Positions 39,411-50,703 are shown, counted from the stretch's first letter. The stretch is 64,000 bases of DNA from Trueperaceae bacterium (GCA_965214405.1 OZ243956.1:4032001-4096000); one strand, 5' to 3'. Made by a program: numbers and translations. The notes: generated by a model from the sequence alone, not told the origin.

Positions 39411-40073
39411 TTAGCGCGCCGCCCAGAGCATCCCGCGGAGCATGATTTCGCGCGCTTCGGGCACATCGAAGTCTTTTCTGACATGCCCGAGAGACGAATA
39501 AAACACTCGAGCCTCCCCGTACCTGCGTTTCCACACGACGGGCATCACCGTTCCTTTTATCCAAGGCGCGTCGCCGTAGTTGCCCGAAAACGTGGTGGTC
39601 GCCAAAACTTCGTTGCTCGGATCGACGTGCAAATAATACTGCTCGGACTCCATGTTGAAGTTTGAGAGGCCCGCAACGACCTCGTCGTCGGGCGCTGTAA
39701 TCTCGATTTCGTAGGGGATGACGTTGCCCGGATGCGCGACCCACTGCCCGCCCACCATAAACTGATAGTCGACGTTTTGCCGGAACGAATCGGCCATACC
39801 GCCGTGCCAACCCGCGAGCCCGACGCCGCTTTTGACCGTCTCGAGCAGGCCCCGTTCCTGCTCTTTGCCGAGTTCGCTCATCGTCCAGACCGGTACAACG
39901 AGGCTGAGGCCGCGCATGTATGTTTCATCGGTGTAAACGTCTAAGTCGGAGACGACGTCGACATCAAAGTCATGCTCGCGCAACAGCGAGGCGAACAGGG
40001 TCGCACAGGCTTCGGGCTCGTGGCCCTCCCAGCCGCCCCAGTTGATAAGCGCACGCTTCACGGGTTCTTTCAT
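39411..40073 (-). CDS. ThuA domain protein
   Basis: [30 protein letters not shown] and RVFYSSLGH motifs. Confidence 0.88.
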   Translation of the reverse strand: MKEPVKRALINWGGWEGHEPEACATLFASLLREHDFDVDVVSDLDVYTDETYMRGLSLVVPVWTMSELGKEQERGLLETVKSGVGLAGWHGGMADSFRQNVDYQFMVGGQWVAHPGNVIPYEIEITAPDDEVVAGLSNFNMESEQYYLHVDPSNEVLATTTFSGNYGDAPWIKGTVMPVVWKRRYGEARVFYSSLGHVRKDFDVPEAREIMLRGMLWAAR

Positions 40074-41191
40074 AGGCTCTCCTCTACATCGCCCAAGCTG
40101 CCGTTTTTTACGCCAGGGGGTAAGGGCGCGGGGCGTTCGGGTCTACTTTGGATGATGACGTGTTCCCCGCGCTCGGATGAATCGTGGAGGGCTTGCATCA
40201 CCTCGAGCACGTGAAACGCCACGCTACTGTCACAGCGCGGCTTTCGTCCCGTCCCCAAAGCGAACGCCAGGTCGGCCGCGCCGACGCCCCGCATGTTGTT
40301 TGTGTACGCGTTGACGAGTTCTTGGTCCTGCCAGTCGCTCTCGCCCGCCGCGCGCAGCCTCACCGGGCCGCCAAAGGTGTTGGGGTCGGGCACTTGCAAG
40401 CTGCCGCGTTCACCGTGAAGCTCAACGGGATGGTTTGTGTGGTGATGTACGTCGAAACTCATGACCAGGGTGATGACCGCGCCGCTGTGAAAGTCCAGGC
40501 TGCCCGACACGTGCGTGGGCACCTCGACCGGGAACGTTTCGCCGCGGCGCGCCTCGCTCGTCGCCGTGCGCGTCTCAAACGTCATCGCGGCGGTCGCGCT
40601 CACGCGGCGCACCGGGCCGAGCAGGTTGACGAGCGCCGTGAGGTAATAAGGCCCCATGTCGAACACCGGCCCGCCGCCTCTGAGATAATAAAAACCGGGG
40701 TTCGGGTGCCAGCGCTCGTGGCCCGGAATCATCATGAACGCCGTGCCCGCGACCACCCGGCCAATCGCGCCGTCGTCGATGAGCTTACGGCAGGTTTGCC
40801 CGCCCGCACCCAAAAAGGTGTCGGGCGCGCAGCTCACGACTAAGCCCGCAGCGTCGGCCTTGTCGACCACGCGCCGCCCTTCGTCCGTGTCGAGAGCCAG
40901 GGGCTTCTCGAGGTGAACGTGCTTCCCCGCTTCGAGCGCCGCCAGCGTCACCGCCGCGTGAGCCTGCGGGACGGTTAAATTCAAGACGATGTCGATATCG
41001 TCTCTTGCCAGCAGGTCCTCGACACTAAGAGCGTCTATCCCCCATTTTGCCGCAGCCTTTTGAGCGACTTCAGGGTTGATGTCGGCGCAGGCGACGACGT
41101 CCAACACGGGAAAGGTCTTCGTCGCGTCGATATAAGCTTGGCTTATCGTGCCGCAGCCTATGACGCCGAGTTTTTTCGAATTTGGCTTCAT
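40070..41191 (-). CDS. Gfo/Idh/MocA family oxidoreductase
   Basis: [27 protein letters not shown] and [12 protein letters not shown] motifs. Confidence 0.92.
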   Translation of the reverse strand: MKPNSKKLGVIGCGTISQAYIDATKTFPVLDVVACADINPEVAQKAAAKWGIDALSVEDLLARDDIDIVLNLTVPQAHAAVTLAALEAGKHVHLEKPLALDTDEGRRVVDKADAAGLVVSCAPDTFLGAGGQTCRKLIDDGAIGRVVAGTAFMMIPGHERWHPNPGFYYLRGGGPVFDMGPYYLTALVNLLGPVRRVSATAAMTFETRTATSEARRGETFPVEVPTHVSGSLDFHSGAVITLVMSFDVHHHTNHPVELHGERGSLQVPDPNTFGGPVRLRAAGESDWQDQELVNAYTNNMRGVGAADLAFALGTGRKPRCDSSVAFHVLEVMQALHDSSERGEHVIIQSRPERPAPLPPGVKNGSLGDVEESL

Positions 41192-41235
41192 GCAAGGAGA
41201 CTCCAAGATTTTGACTTCGTAAATCACTTTTCAGA

Positions 41236-42024
41236 TTATAAGCCGCCCACACCTTTCATAAAAGTTTCGTATTCTTCAACGTTCATCTCAACCTTGTGTT
41301 TAGCGCTGGGGTACGCGTGAGTGGTTACGTCCTCCTTGAATTCTCTAAAAGCCGCCACAGCTTCGTCATGAAGCCGCGCGTACTCGGTTTTGAAGTCGCG
41401 GTACTGCTTGGCGTGACGCGGCACGTGCCCGGTGTTGCTCCCCAGAATGTCGGTGGCGAACAGGTACTGCGCGTCACAGCCTGCGCCGCTGCCCATCGAG
41501 ATGACCAGAATGTCGACGCGTTTGGAGATTTCAGTGGCGACTTGATGCGGCACGACTTCCATTTCGACCGCAATCGCGCCCGCCTTTTGGTAGGCCAGGG
41601 TTTTTTCGTAAACGCTAAGCGCTTCCTTGGCCGTTTTACCCACCGCCTTGAAGCCCCCGAACCAGCTACTCCGGTAGGGCACCAGACCGACGTGCCCGAT
41701 GACGGGTACGCTTTCCCTCGCCATCGCCTTGACAAAAGGGATGCTGGCACCCGTGTAAACGGCGTCCGCACCGCGCCGTAAGAGTTTAAGCCCAGCCTTG
41801 ACCGCGTCTTTTTTACTGGCGATGAGTTCGCTCACCCCGAGGACCAAAAAGGTGTCGGGGGCGGCTCTCCTGATGGCGGTTGCGCCTTCGTTGCCGACGG
41901 CGACCAGGATGTCGATACCCGCTTCGGCGCAGGCCCTGGCCTCTTCCGGGGATGAAACAAACACCTCAGTGAGTTGCGTTTTGCCTTTCAAGGCCAACAG
42001 GTCTTTGATGGTAAGTTTCGCCAA
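41236..42024 (-). CDS. Divergent ketopantoate hydroxymethyltransferase-like (PanB/PEP-mutase fold) protein
   Basis: GHVGLVP, GGFKAVGKT, EMEVVP, GSGAGCDAQYL..DILG and PRHAKQY motifs; lacks the canonical LVGDS; TTG start with AAAGGAG. Confidence 0.75.
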   Translation of the reverse strand: MAKLTIKDLLALKGKTQLTEVFVSSPEEARACAEAGIDILVAVGNEGATAIRRAAPDTFLVLGVSELIASKKDAVKAGLKLLRRGADAVYTGASIPFVKAMARESVPVIGHVGLVPYRSSWFGGFKAVGKTAKEALSVYEKTLAYQKAGAIAVEMEVVPHQVATEISKRVDILVISMGSGAGCDAQYLFATDILGSNTGHVPRHAKQYRDFKTEYARLHDEAVAAFREFKEDVTTHAYPSAKHKVEMNVEEYETFMKGVGGL

Positions 42025-42140
42025 GAGCTGCTCCTTTGAATCGGATAAAACAAAGTAAGGTAACCGGAGGCTCGAGCCCTCAGTTAAGGGATTTGGTTGA
42101 GCTGCAAAGCTAGTTTTCCTCGCCTTGATAACGCACAAGT

Positions 42141-43502
42141 TTAGCTGACCAACTCACCCACAGCTTTGTTTGCCCTCACCTCGGCGAGTAGGGTCGGCCA
42201 CCAGGGATGTTGGTCTGAACGCGCGCGGAGCCTTGCATTCACCTTTTCCCAGCGCTTTATGAGGTTTTCGCCGGAGGCGAGCATGGCCGCGGCACTCTCG
42301 TACTCCGGCGTCAACCAGCGCCGCCCGATTTGGGCGTGAAGCACCTCGTCGGCCCAGTCGTAGTCTTGAAAGGTTGTGGTGAGCGGGTCGCCGTCACTTT
42401 TGGCTATCACCCATTCATACTGCTTCCCCGTCTTGCGCGGCATGAGACTCTGCTCGAGGGTCCACAAAATGGTGTGCGCCTCGAGCGGGCTAAATTCCGC
42501 GTTCAACCCCACCGAAGACTTGATGTCGATAGGATACTTGTAAAAAGGCACGCCCTTGTGGTAAAGGCCGACCTCACCCATCATGGCGTGACGCGCTTCG
42601 TCCCACAGTTGGCGGCTCAAATCTACATAATACGCCCAGGGTTTTCCCTTCGTTTGGTAGAGGATAGGGGCCATCCATTCGGGCACGTCTATTTCTCTGA
42701 CGCGCTTGTACAAAAGGGCGAGCACCCGTTCGTCGAAGGCGCGACTTTCGTCCGTGTAGTAGTCGTCGATGAGAGCGGTTTGATTAAAGGGGTCGATAAA
42801 GCGAGCGTCCCGGCGGGGCGTCGGGTCCATCTCAAAAAACTGCCCGGTCGCGCGCGCTTTGGGGAGTGGGGTGGCGGGGGCCTCGAGGTTGCCGCTCACC
42901 CCACCCGCTGCGAGCAGGTAGGCGCGGAGGTGGCGCTCCCAGGTTTCAGCCTTTTCCCTCGCCGCCTCGGAACGCGTCAGCGCGCTTAGCGCCTGTTCGC
43001 CCCACTCGAGCATCTCCCTTTCTTCGGTAAGGTGAAACCGCAGCAAGCGGTAGGTGGGATGGTCGATAAGCCGATTGGTTTTTCCCAAGTGCTGCTCGAG
43101 GGCGCGTACCAGTTCGGCTTTGACGACGCGGTAGATGCCCACGAGCAGTTCGGCGGTATCCTCGGCGCGAACGACCTCGGCAAGGAAGGTCTCGAGCAGC
43201 ACGTCCGGCACCTGGTCCAACTGAAGCGGCGGTTCGCGCATTTCGCCGACGCGTTCGCGCAGACCGGCGCTGTGTTCCGCGTCCAACCACAGGTGCAGAC
43301 TGAGGGCGCATTTCACCTCCCATTCAGGGACGTTTGGCAGGTGCGCCGCCATGATTTGGTTGAGTTGCACTTCAACATAGTTGTAGCGACGTAACAGGTT
43401 GACGTTCGTTTCGACGTCGAAACCCGGCTTAACCGCCTCGTCATAAGTACAAAGCCCGGCCAACGGAGGGATGCCTAGATTGTTAATCTCCACCTTTGCC
43501 AC
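42141..43502 (-). CDS. Hypothetical protein with ferritin-like/di-iron (DUF455-like) motifs
   Basis: HLWLDAEHS in the N-terminal half; REID, QLWDEARHAMMG, LEQ and WADEVLHAQIG in the C-terminal half. Confidence 0.65.
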   Translation of the reverse strand: MAKVEINNLGIPPLAGLCTYDEAVKPGFDVETNVNLLRRYNYVEVQLNQIMAAHLPNVPEWEVKCALSLHLWLDAEHSAGLRERVGEMREPPLQLDQVPDVLLETFLAEVVRAEDTAELLVGIYRVVKAELVRALEQHLGKTNRLIDHPTYRLLRFHLTEEREMLEWGEQALSALTRSEAAREKAETWERHLRAYLLAAGGVSGNLEAPATPLPKARATGQFFEMDPTPRRDARFIDPFNQTALIDDYYTDESRAFDERVLALLYKRVREIDVPEWMAPILYQTKGKPWAYYVDLSRQLWDEARHAMMGEVGLYHKGVPFYKYPIDIKSSVGLNAEFSPLEAHTILWTLEQSLMPRKTGKQYEWVIAKSDGDPLTTTFQDYDWADEVLHAQIGRRWLTPEYESAAAMLASGENLIKRWEKVNARLRARSDQHPWWPTLLAEVRANKAVGELVS

Positions 43503-43587
43503 AAATTTTACCTCTCTGAGAAACGAGGGTTGCGACGCGCGCACGCCCATAAGCCGCTCGGAAGTTCAGCCACGAGCGTGTCGGCCT

Positions 43588-44565
43588 TTAGTGCTCTTCG
43601 TCTTCCTCCCAGGTGACGCAGCCGCCCTCACCACTGGGGCGCACCATCGCCTGGGCGATGCTTTCGGTTCCCTTGTACGCGTAAGGGTCTGTGCCCGCGA
43701 CCATGACGATGTCGCGGTAATCGGCTACGGCCATCCCTTCACCCTGTTTGGGCGGCCTCCAGGGGAGAAGGGACTGGGCGCTCATGTAGTGGTTTACCAG
43801 CACGCGGCGGTAGCCGCTCCCGGCGCGGTTGGGGAAGGAACGGTGTAACAAGTAACCGTTGAAAAAGACGATACTTCCTGCTTTTACCTCGACCGGAACC
43901 GCGTCCGCGTCGGTGTAAGGAAAGCCGGTGGACTCGTCGGTGCAGTCGAAGCGGCTGTCTTGCTGCATTTCCATCGGCCACAGCACGCCCGGCTTGTGCG
44001 AGCCGGGGATGACCCAGAGGCAACCGTTTTCAATCGTGGCGTCGTCCATCGCAATCCAGCCGCCGACCAACGAGTTGTCCCTGGTGGGAATAAAGTCTTC
44101 GTCCTGGTGCCAGGCTTGGCCCGGTTTGCCCGTCGCTTTGATAAACAGCATCGACTGCATACATTTAACATTAGGGCCGACAATCTCGGTCAAGACCTCG
44201 ACCATATTGGGGGTGCTCAGGTACTTGAGCATCGTGTCGGAAATCTTGTTGGGAAAGTGGATGCACAGGTAACGCCGCAAGGTTTCCTCTTCGCTTTCAC
44301 CCGCCATCCCAGGTTCAAAGCCTTTGACGTCACCGCGTTCGCCCCTACAGATACTCGTCGCTTCCGAACGGAGTTCGTTCAGCTCTTCTTCTGAAAGCGC
44401 GTTGGGCACGACCAAGTAGCCGTTCTCCTCGTAAAAGTCGCGCAGGCTGCCGCTCTCGGCCCTGGTCGCTTCGGTGATGAAATTCGCCCCACCTTTTTTT
44501 AGGGCCTCGAGCTGGGGGTCGCTGTCGACCGTTTTGGTTTTGGGTTTCAGTTTTGTGCTTGTCAT
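43588..44565 (-). CDS. Phytanoyl-CoA dioxygenase (PhyH) family Fe(II)/2OG enzyme
   Basis: FYEENGYLV, WHQDE, WIAMDDATIENGCLWVIPGSH and LLHRS motifs. Confidence 0.92.
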   Translation of the reverse strand: MTSTKLKPKTKTVDSDPQLEALKKGGANFITEATRAESGSLRDFYEENGYLVVPNALSEEELNELRSEATSICRGERGDVKGFEPGMAGESEEETLRRYLCIHFPNKISDTMLKYLSTPNMVEVLTEIVGPNVKCMQSMLFIKATGKPGQAWHQDEDFIPTRDNSLVGGWIAMDDATIENGCLWVIPGSHKPGVLWPMEMQQDSRFDCTDESTGFPYTDADAVPVEVKAGSIVFFNGYLLHRSFPNRAGSGYRRVLVNHYMSAQSLLPWRPPKQGEGMAVADYRDIVMVAGTDPYAYKGTESIAQAMVRPSGEGGCVTWEEDEEH

Positions 44566-44660
44566 TTTAGACTCCTTAGGGTCTGCTTTAGAGTTGCAAA
44601 GTTTATGACCAAATGTGTTTACGGCGTTCGCGCTCTAAAATCTCAATTCCCACTCCCAAC

Positions 44661-45566
44661 CTATCCTTTGAGCGCGCCCATAGCGAGATTATCGAGCAAA
44701 TGCTTGCGTCCTGCCACGAAGATGAGAACAATTGGTAACGTTGCGATAAAGGAACCTCCCAGAATCATGCCGTACTCGACTTTGTAAAGACCTTGCAGGG
44801 TAGCCAACCCCAGAGGATAAGTGAAATTCTCGGGGGAACGCAGTACGATTAAGGGCCACAAGTAATCGTTCCAGGCCGTCAGAAACACGAGTACCGCCAA
44901 AACAGACATCGCGCCGCGCACGAGCGGCAAGCCAATGCGCCAGTAGATACCAAACTCACTAGCGCCGTCTATGCGGGCGGAGTCGAGCAGCTCTCCGGGC
45001 ACCGAGCGCATCGCCTGCATCATGAAAAACGCGCCAAAGGCGCTTACGGAACTCGGCAGGACGACGCCCAAAAAATTGTCCAAAAGCCCAACGTTGATGA
45101 TCAGTTGAAAAAGAGGTACCAGCGTGACCTGAAAGGGAATGGCGACGGTTGCGAGCAAAAAGAGGGTTAAAAAGGTTTTGCCTCGGAACTCGTATTTGGC
45201 AAAGCCCCAGCCCACCAGCGTCGCGAAGAACAGGGTGAGCGCGGTTTGACTCACCGAGATGACGACGCTGTTGAGCATTTGGCGCAGGTAAGGGATTTCT
45301 TCGCCGCCGAGCAACCGCTCGTAGTTGTTTAGGGTAGGCTCTTGTACCGCCAAGGTGACGGGGAAGCTGAAAATCTCGCTGTTGGACTTGAGGGAGCCCG
45401 TGATCATGTAGACAAAAGGCACGCCCACCAGCACGGCGAAAAAGAACAGCAGGGCGTAGAGGAGGGCGGCCTCGGTGAGGACCCTGACCCGCGTCTTGCC
45501 CCGCCAACCGAGGCGTGACATCGCCCTGTTTGCTCGAGTCGTGCGCGAGCCCTCCATCTCAGTCAT
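44661..45566 (-). CDS. Carbohydrate ABC permease (MalG-like)
   Basis: [14 protein letters not shown] loop; WNDYLWPL. Confidence 0.92.
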   Translation of the reverse strand: MTEMEGSRTTRANRAMSRLGWRGKTRVRVLTEAALLYALLFFFAVLVGVPFVYMITGSLKSNSEIFSFPVTLAVQEPTLNNYERLLGGEEIPYLRQMLNSVVISVSQTALTLFFATLVGWGFAKYEFRGKTFLTLFLLATVAIPFQVTLVPLFQLIINVGLLDNFLGVVLPSSVSAFGAFFMMQAMRSVPGELLDSARIDGASEFGIYWRIGLPLVRGAMSVLAVLVFLTAWNDYLWPLIVLRSPENFTYPLGLATLQGLYKVEYGMILGGSFIATLPIVLIFVAGRKHLLDNLAMGALKG

Positions 45567-46446
45567 CTTTCAAAGCTCGAGTGAGATAAAGTTGAATAAC
45601 GGTTAAAAAAACGATGATGACCGCCAAAGAGTAGCCGATGGCCGAGGCGTAGCCCATCTTGAGTTCCCGAAAGCCGCGGTTGTAAAGGTACATGGTCATG
45701 GTGAGCCCGGCGTTGCGGGGACCCCCCGACTCACCCACCAGCGTCACGGGTTCGGCAAAAAGGTTGTAAGACCCTATAATCGCAAAGGTCAGCACAAACG
45801 CCAAAACGGGCCTGAGCATGGGCAGCGTGACGTGACGAAACACCCCAAAGCGGTTTGCGCCGTCGATGCGCGCGGCTTCTTTTAGCGAGGGCGGCACGTT
45901 TTGTAAGCCCACCAAAAAATAAAGCGCGTTGAGACCTGTGAACTTCCAGACACCGAGCAAAATGATCGACGGCATCACCCAGTTGGGGCTGCGTAACCAG
46001 CGGACGGGCTCGACGCCCAAGGGCGCTAACAGCAGGTTGTTGATAAGCCCATACTGCTCTTCGAAAACGAGCCCAAAGATAATCCCCACCACCACGCCCG
46101 AGGTGATGTTCGGGGTAAAAAAGAAAAGCCTAAAAAACTCCCGGAAGCGGAGCTGGGGCATATGCAAAACGAGCGCCAACAGAAGAGCCAGCGGCACGAT
46201 AATAAGGATGCTGCCCAACGCGTAATAGGTCGTATTCACCAGAGACTTGATAAAGAGGTCGTCGCGGGTAAACAGCCTGACGTAATTGTCAAAACCGATA
46301 AAGCGTGACTCGGCGTCGATACCTACGTGCCTGTAAAAACTGAGCCGCAGCGACTGCACCACGGGAACCAGAAAGAAGATGGCGTAGCCGATGAAGAACG
46401 GGCTTATGAACAAGTAAGGCGCTAGTTTTTTACCGAGTTTGTACAT
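45559..46446 (-). CDS. Carbohydrate ABC permease (MalF-like)
   Basis: [15 protein letters not shown] and MGYASA motifs. Confidence 0.92.
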   Translation of the reverse strand: MYKLGKKLAPYLFISPFFIGYAIFFLVPVVQSLRLSFYRHVGIDAESRFIGFDNYVRLFTRDDLFIKSLVNTTYYALGSILIIVPLALLLALVLHMPQLRFREFFRLFFFTPNITSGVVVGIIFGLVFEEQYGLINNLLLAPLGVEPVRWLRSPNWVMPSIILLGVWKFTGLNALYFLVGLQNVPPSLKEAARIDGANRFGVFRHVTLPMLRPVLAFVLTFAIIGSYNLFAEPVTLVGESGGPRNAGLTMTMYLYNRGFRELKMGYASAIGYSLAVIIVFLTVIQLYLTRALKDD

Positions 46447-46528
46447 GAGCTTCCTGAGAGAACGTGAGTATGAGTAAGGAGATGAGAAGCTAGGGCCTCT
46501 CTGTCTCCTCACGGGTGCTAATCAATCC

Positions 46529-47791
46529 CTAAAAATCCATCTCGTCCCGAATGGTGGCGGCAATCTCACTGAACACGTCTTCGGGTGTGCGGTTACGGTC
46601 CATAATGTCTTGCCAGGCAGCGTCCATAAGGTCGTTGAGCTGGGTGCGGTAAGGGCTCTGGTACTGGGCGGGCGCGTCGGGACCTACCTCGGCAAAGACA
46701 GCGCCTAAGTCCTGACCGGAGAAGTAAGCGTCAGCGGCGTGCAGGCGCTCGTTGTCCATTGCCGGGATAAGGGGCGGGAACAAGTTGGTCAGCTCGAAAC
46801 GGCGCACGTTACCCTCTTCAGAGAGCATGGCGAACTCGAGAAACTTCTGAGCTTCTTCAGCGTTCGGGCTCGACGCTATAACCGTCAAGCCTGTTCCGCC
46901 CCACACGCTGGTGTGAATCCCGCCCTCTTCCCAAGCGGGTAGCGGCGCAGCTTTCCACTGGCCTTCAAGTTCGGGCGCGTTATCTTTCATGGAGCCCGCG
47001 TACCAGTCGGCACCGACCATCGACGCAAAGGTGTCGTCTTTGAAGGCCGCCCAGTTGGCAGAACCAAAGATTTCATCGTCAGGCATCTGCGCAGCGATGC
47101 CCTCGTCCATCAACTCCAAAATCCAGTTCATGGTGTCGATAGAGAGTTCAGAATCTATGGTGACGTTACCTTCAGCGTCAAAATAGTCTGCGCCACGTTG
47201 CCTGAGTAGAAGCTCCGGCAGGATGCTGTTTACAGGCAAAGGAACCACGTCGGGGTTTTGTTCTTTGAGGGTTCTCGCGCCCGCGATAAAATCGTCCCAC
47301 GTTTCGAAACTCTGCGGGTCGACGCCTGCCGCTTCCCAAAGGTCGGCGCGGTAGTAAAGCACCACCGGGGTTAGCGCGTGCTCGACCCCATAGGTTGTAC
47401 CGTCGTAGGTATAGAGCGCCTGACGCGCCGCCACGAGCTGGTCAAGATAACCCCCCGACTCGAGCATGTCGTTCAGCGGCACAAAGCCGGGATCGCCGCC
47501 GCCCCGTAAAAAGCTACCAAACGCCCCCTGCTCAACGTCAGACAGGTCGGGTGCGCCCGTGCCGCCCGATTGCAGCGAGATTCTTAAGCGGTCGTGCATG
47601 TCGTCATAAGCGATTTCAACGACTTCCAGCTCAAAATCGGGATTTACCTCGGCTTTGTAGCGCTCCGCTTGTTCTCTAAACCACCTCGCGTGGGTGTCGG
47701 CAAAGGTCCAGAGCTCGAGCTCCTGAGCGAAGGCGCTTGATAAACCCAGCAAGAGTAAACTCAGTAGAAGTAACCGCGAACGTGCAACCAT
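46529..47791 (-). CDS. Sugar ABC substrate-binding protein
   Basis: Signal peptide ...AFAQ; GAPDL, LYYRADL and WGGTG motifs. Confidence 0.9.
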   Translation of the reverse strand: MVARSRLLLLSLLLLGLSSAFAQELELWTFADTHARWFREQAERYKAEVNPDFELEVVEIAYDDMHDRLRISLQSGGTGAPDLSDVEQGAFGSFLRGGGDPGFVPLNDMLESGGYLDQLVAARQALYTYDGTTYGVEHALTPVVLYYRADLWEAAGVDPQSFETWDDFIAGARTLKEQNPDVVPLPVNSILPELLLRQRGADYFDAEGNVTIDSELSIDTMNWILELMDEGIAAQMPDDEIFGSANWAAFKDDTFASMVGADWYAGSMKDNAPELEGQWKAAPLPAWEEGGIHTSVWGGTGLTVIASSPNAEEAQKFLEFAMLSEEGNVRRFELTNLFPPLIPAMDNERLHAADAYFSGQDLGAVFAEVGPDAPAQYQSPYRTQLNDLMDAAWQDIMDRNRTPEDVFSEIAATIRDEMDF

Positions 47792-47925
47792 ACGTACCTC
47801 CCTGGTACACCCCATAACTTTGAAAGTCACATTCAAAGAGTCGTTAGTCCATCCTCGCTGAAACGCGATTGTCCCGAATTAACTACACCGCTCTGCTATA
47901 CTGGCTCTTGAAACGGGTCAAAGTT

Positions 47926-48786
47926 ATGACGGCTAAAGAACACAATAAGGGCTCAGCGGAACCCATGTCCATGCCTGCCGCTGATAGAGTCTTGTCTGAA
48001 ATTGATGTTTCCACACTGCCCAAAAACGTCTTTTTCGGCAACGTCATGTATGACGCGGGAGGCACGTACGGCCCGAGAATTCAGGAGCACTTACAGCTCG
48101 TCGTCATCAGGAGCGGCGAAGCGCTCATTACTGTTGACGGGGCGCAACGGGGGTTACGGCAAGGTGAAGTGGCTCTCCTTACAAAAGGCCACCGAGAGTA
48201 TTTCGAGTTTGCCAAGACGGCGAAAACCTATCATAGCTGGTGTCATTTCCACTGGAACTTGCCCGAGCACGCGCTCCGGCTTATAGAAGCGTTGCCGTTC
48301 AAGGTAGGAGTCTCCAACCGCATGGAGCGACTTATCGATGTGGGGCTTTCGTTGCAGCATGACCCGCAAGCGCTGGCACCTTCGCTATCTCATTTGGCGG
48401 CGGCAGCTTTTTGGGAATATGTGAGCAGTTCGGGCCTGGCCGAATTCTCGAGCCAAAACGCCCGTTTACCCGAATCCGTCAAGCGCGTGCAGGCTTACAT
48501 CAGACAAAACTACTACAGCGACGTCCATCTGGGCCAGCTAACTGAGATCGCCTTCGTGACGCCCGAGCATCTCATTCGGCTTTTTAGAAGCCACCTCGGC
48601 ACAACCCCCATGCGTTATCTGCGAGATGTTAGGGTGCGCCAGGGCATTTCGTTTTTGAGCCACACGGGCATCACCGTTGAAAGAATCGCGTTTAACTGTG
48701 GCTTCAAGACCGCCGCCCACTTTTCACGGTGCATCAAGCAGGCCACAGGCCAAACCCCCAGTGAGATTAGAGCCCGGCACGGTTGA
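47926..48786 (+). CDS. AraC family regulator
   Basis: Cupin N-domain (GPRIQ...LQLV); HLIRLFR...TPMRY...IAFNCGF...HFSR; divergent from the ABC operon; start uncertain. Confidence 0.9.
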   Translation: MTAKEHNKGSAEPMSMPAADRVLSEIDVSTLPKNVFFGNVMYDAGGTYGPRIQEHLQLVVIRSGEALITVDGAQRGLRQGEVALLTKGHREYFEFAKTAKTYHSWCHFHWNLPEHALRLIEALPFKVGVSNRMERLIDVGLSLQHDPQALAPSLSHLAAAAFWEYVSSSGLAEFSSQNARLPESVKRVQAYIRQNYYSDVHLGQLTEIAFVTPEHLIRLFRSHLGTTPMRYLRDVRVRQGISFLSHTGITVERIAFNCGFKTAAHFSRCIKQATGQTPSEIRARHG

Positions 48787-48791
48787 CGCGC

Positions 48792-49616
48792 TCAGCCCTT
48801 GACCGCGCCTCCCGTCAACCCGGCGACGATGTAACGCTGGGCGAGCAAAAAGAACGCCACGGCGGGCAAAAGGTTCACCGAAATAAACGCCATCACCCGG
48901 TTCCATTCGGTCGCGTACTCCCCGCGGTAGTTGACAAGACCCAAGGGCCAGGGGTGGTTGTCCGGGTTGGCTCCCAGCATGATGAGGGGCAGCAGGTAGC
49001 CGTTCCAGGACGTGACCAGGGTCAAAACGCCCACCGTCGCCAAAATGGGTAACGATAGGGGCAAAATGAAGCGAAAATAAAACCCAATATAGCCGATGCC
49101 GTCGACCCGCGCCGCCTCGAACAGTTCATGCGGCAACTGCTCAAAAAAGCCTCTAAAAAAGAGCACCGATCCTGCAATCCCAAAGGCGACTTGCGGCAAG
49201 ATAATCGCCCAGTGCGTGTTGAAAATGTGCAGGTACGAATTATTGATGACGAAAATCGGCACGATGGCGGCGGCGGCGGGGAACATCAACCCGAGCAGGA
49301 GGTAAGAGTAAAGAAAATCTTGCCCGGCGAATTTGAGGTGGCTAAAGGTGAACGCCGCCATCGACGCCACGACGAGCACCAAAAACACCGTGAAAAACGC
49401 GATGTTGAGCGAGTTCAGCGCGTAGCGCCAGGTGGTCGGCGAAAGGAGGATGTCGCTGTAGGCGTCCAAGCGCCACACCTGGGGCAAGCCCATTGGGTTG
49501 TTACGCAGTTCACCCGTGGATTTGAAGCCGCCGATAAACGTCACCCAGATGGGGAGGAGCACAAAACCGGACAGCGTGAGCAAAAAGAGGTATTTGAAAT
49601 ACGTCAGGAGTTTCAT
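48792..49616 (-). CDS. Carbohydrate ABC permease (MalG-like)
   Basis: ELFEAARVDG, SWNGYLLPL and GLTGGAVKG motifs. Confidence 0.92.
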   Translation of the reverse strand: MKLLTYFKYLFLLTLSGFVLLPIWVTFIGGFKSTGELRNNPMGLPQVWRLDAYSDILLSPTTWRYALNSLNIAFFTVFLVLVVASMAAFTFSHLKFAGQDFLYSYLLLGLMFPAAAAIVPIFVINNSYLHIFNTHWAIILPQVAFGIAGSVLFFRGFFEQLPHELFEAARVDGIGYIGFYFRFILPLSLPILATVGVLTLVTSWNGYLLPLIMLGANPDNHPWPLGLVNYRGEYATEWNRVMAFISVNLLPAVAFFLLAQRYIVAGLTGGAVKG

Positions 49617-50575
49617 ACGCGCCTTCTTCGGAAGAGGCTCTGCTCGCCCATCACAAAGTATTGATACGTAAACCCTGCAACCATGCTGATGGCGAACAAA
49701 ATAATGCTCGCCGCCGAGGCGATGCCGTAACGCTGACGGCGCGACAAGCCCCACTCGTAAATAAACGTCGCCAGCGTCTGGCCCTGCTCGGGTGGCGAGG
49801 GGCCGTAGAGACCGACGATAAGGTCGAACACCTGAAAAGAACCCAAAATGGCGAAAAAGAGCGAGAGTTTGAGCGCGTAAGAAATCAGCGGGATTTTGAC
49901 GTACAAGACGCTCTGCCAGTTTGACGCGCCGTCGATGCTGGCGGACTCGAGCAATTCCTTGGGTACCCCCTGCAACCCCGCAATGTAAAGAATCATATGG
50001 TAGCCAAAAAACTTCCACACCAAGACCAGCAGCACCGCGGCGAACGACCAGGTTTTGTCCTCGAGAATAAAATAGGGCCTGCCGAGCAGTTCGTTAAACA
50101 GCGGCGCGACCGCACCGTTGCGCCCGTCCAGCATGTAGACCCAGACGAGCCCGGTGGCAATTTCGGACAAGACAAAGGGCAAAAAGAATATGAGCCGAAA
50201 AACGCTGTTGGTGAATGTTTCTTTGTAAATGAGCAGCGCGCAGACGAGGGCCAGGGGCAGTTGGATAAAGAGTGAGGAGGCGAGAATCAGCGCGGTGTTG
50301 CGCAAGGCAGGCTCGAAAAAAGCGTTCAAGGTGCGCTTGGTAAACATCCACACGTAGTTGCTGACGCCGTTAAAGTCGGTCAAGGGGCCGTAACCCTTGT
50401 AGGTGTAAAAGCTCATGGCACCCGCGCCGAACATCGGCAGGATGACAAAAATCGTGAAGACGAGCAGCGCGGGCGGCAGCAAGATGAGGACAGCGCTCCA
50501 GCGCCGACGCGTTTCGGTTTTGCCCCAGCGGCGCTCGGGTTTTTCAGGGGTTCGCTCGCTTGCTGCGGTAGCCAC
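49613..50575 (-). CDS. Carbohydrate ABC permease (MalF-like)
   Basis: WKFFGYHM..YIAGLQ and ELLESASIDGA motifs. Confidence 0.92.
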   Translation of the reverse strand: MATAASERTPEKPERRWGKTETRRRWSAVLILLPPALLVFTIFVILPMFGAGAMSFYTYKGYGPLTDFNGVSNYVWMFTKRTLNAFFEPALRNTALILASSLFIQLPLALVCALLIYKETFTNSVFRLIFFLPFVLSEIATGLVWVYMLDGRNGAVAPLFNELLGRPYFILEDKTWSFAAVLLVLVWKFFGYHMILYIAGLQGVPKELLESASIDGASNWQSVLYVKIPLISYALKLSLFFAILGSFQVFDLIVGLYGPSPPEQGQTLATFIYEWGLSRRQRYGIASAASIILFAISMVAGFTYQYFVMGEQSLFRRRRV

Positions 50576-50665
50576 TCGTTCTCCTAAAAAGCCAGGATTG
50601 CGTCTCTTTAAGTTCTACAGCGTTTTACCCTCGTCGAGGGCAACATGCCTGTATTTTTCACTCGC

Positions 50666-50703
50666 GTTCGGGTGATATGAAAGGCTGTTCATATCACCCG
50701 AAC
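50666..50703. other. Intercistronic stem-loop between binding protein and permease genes
   Basis: 16-bp perfect stem GTTCGGGTGATATGAA/TTCATATCACCCGAAC. Confidence 0.7.

Noticed and set aside
43636..43647. GGGCGCACCA match to the tRNA-Arg 3' end as a possible attR
   Set aside because: Only ~10 bp and inside an intact PhyH gene; consistent with chance.
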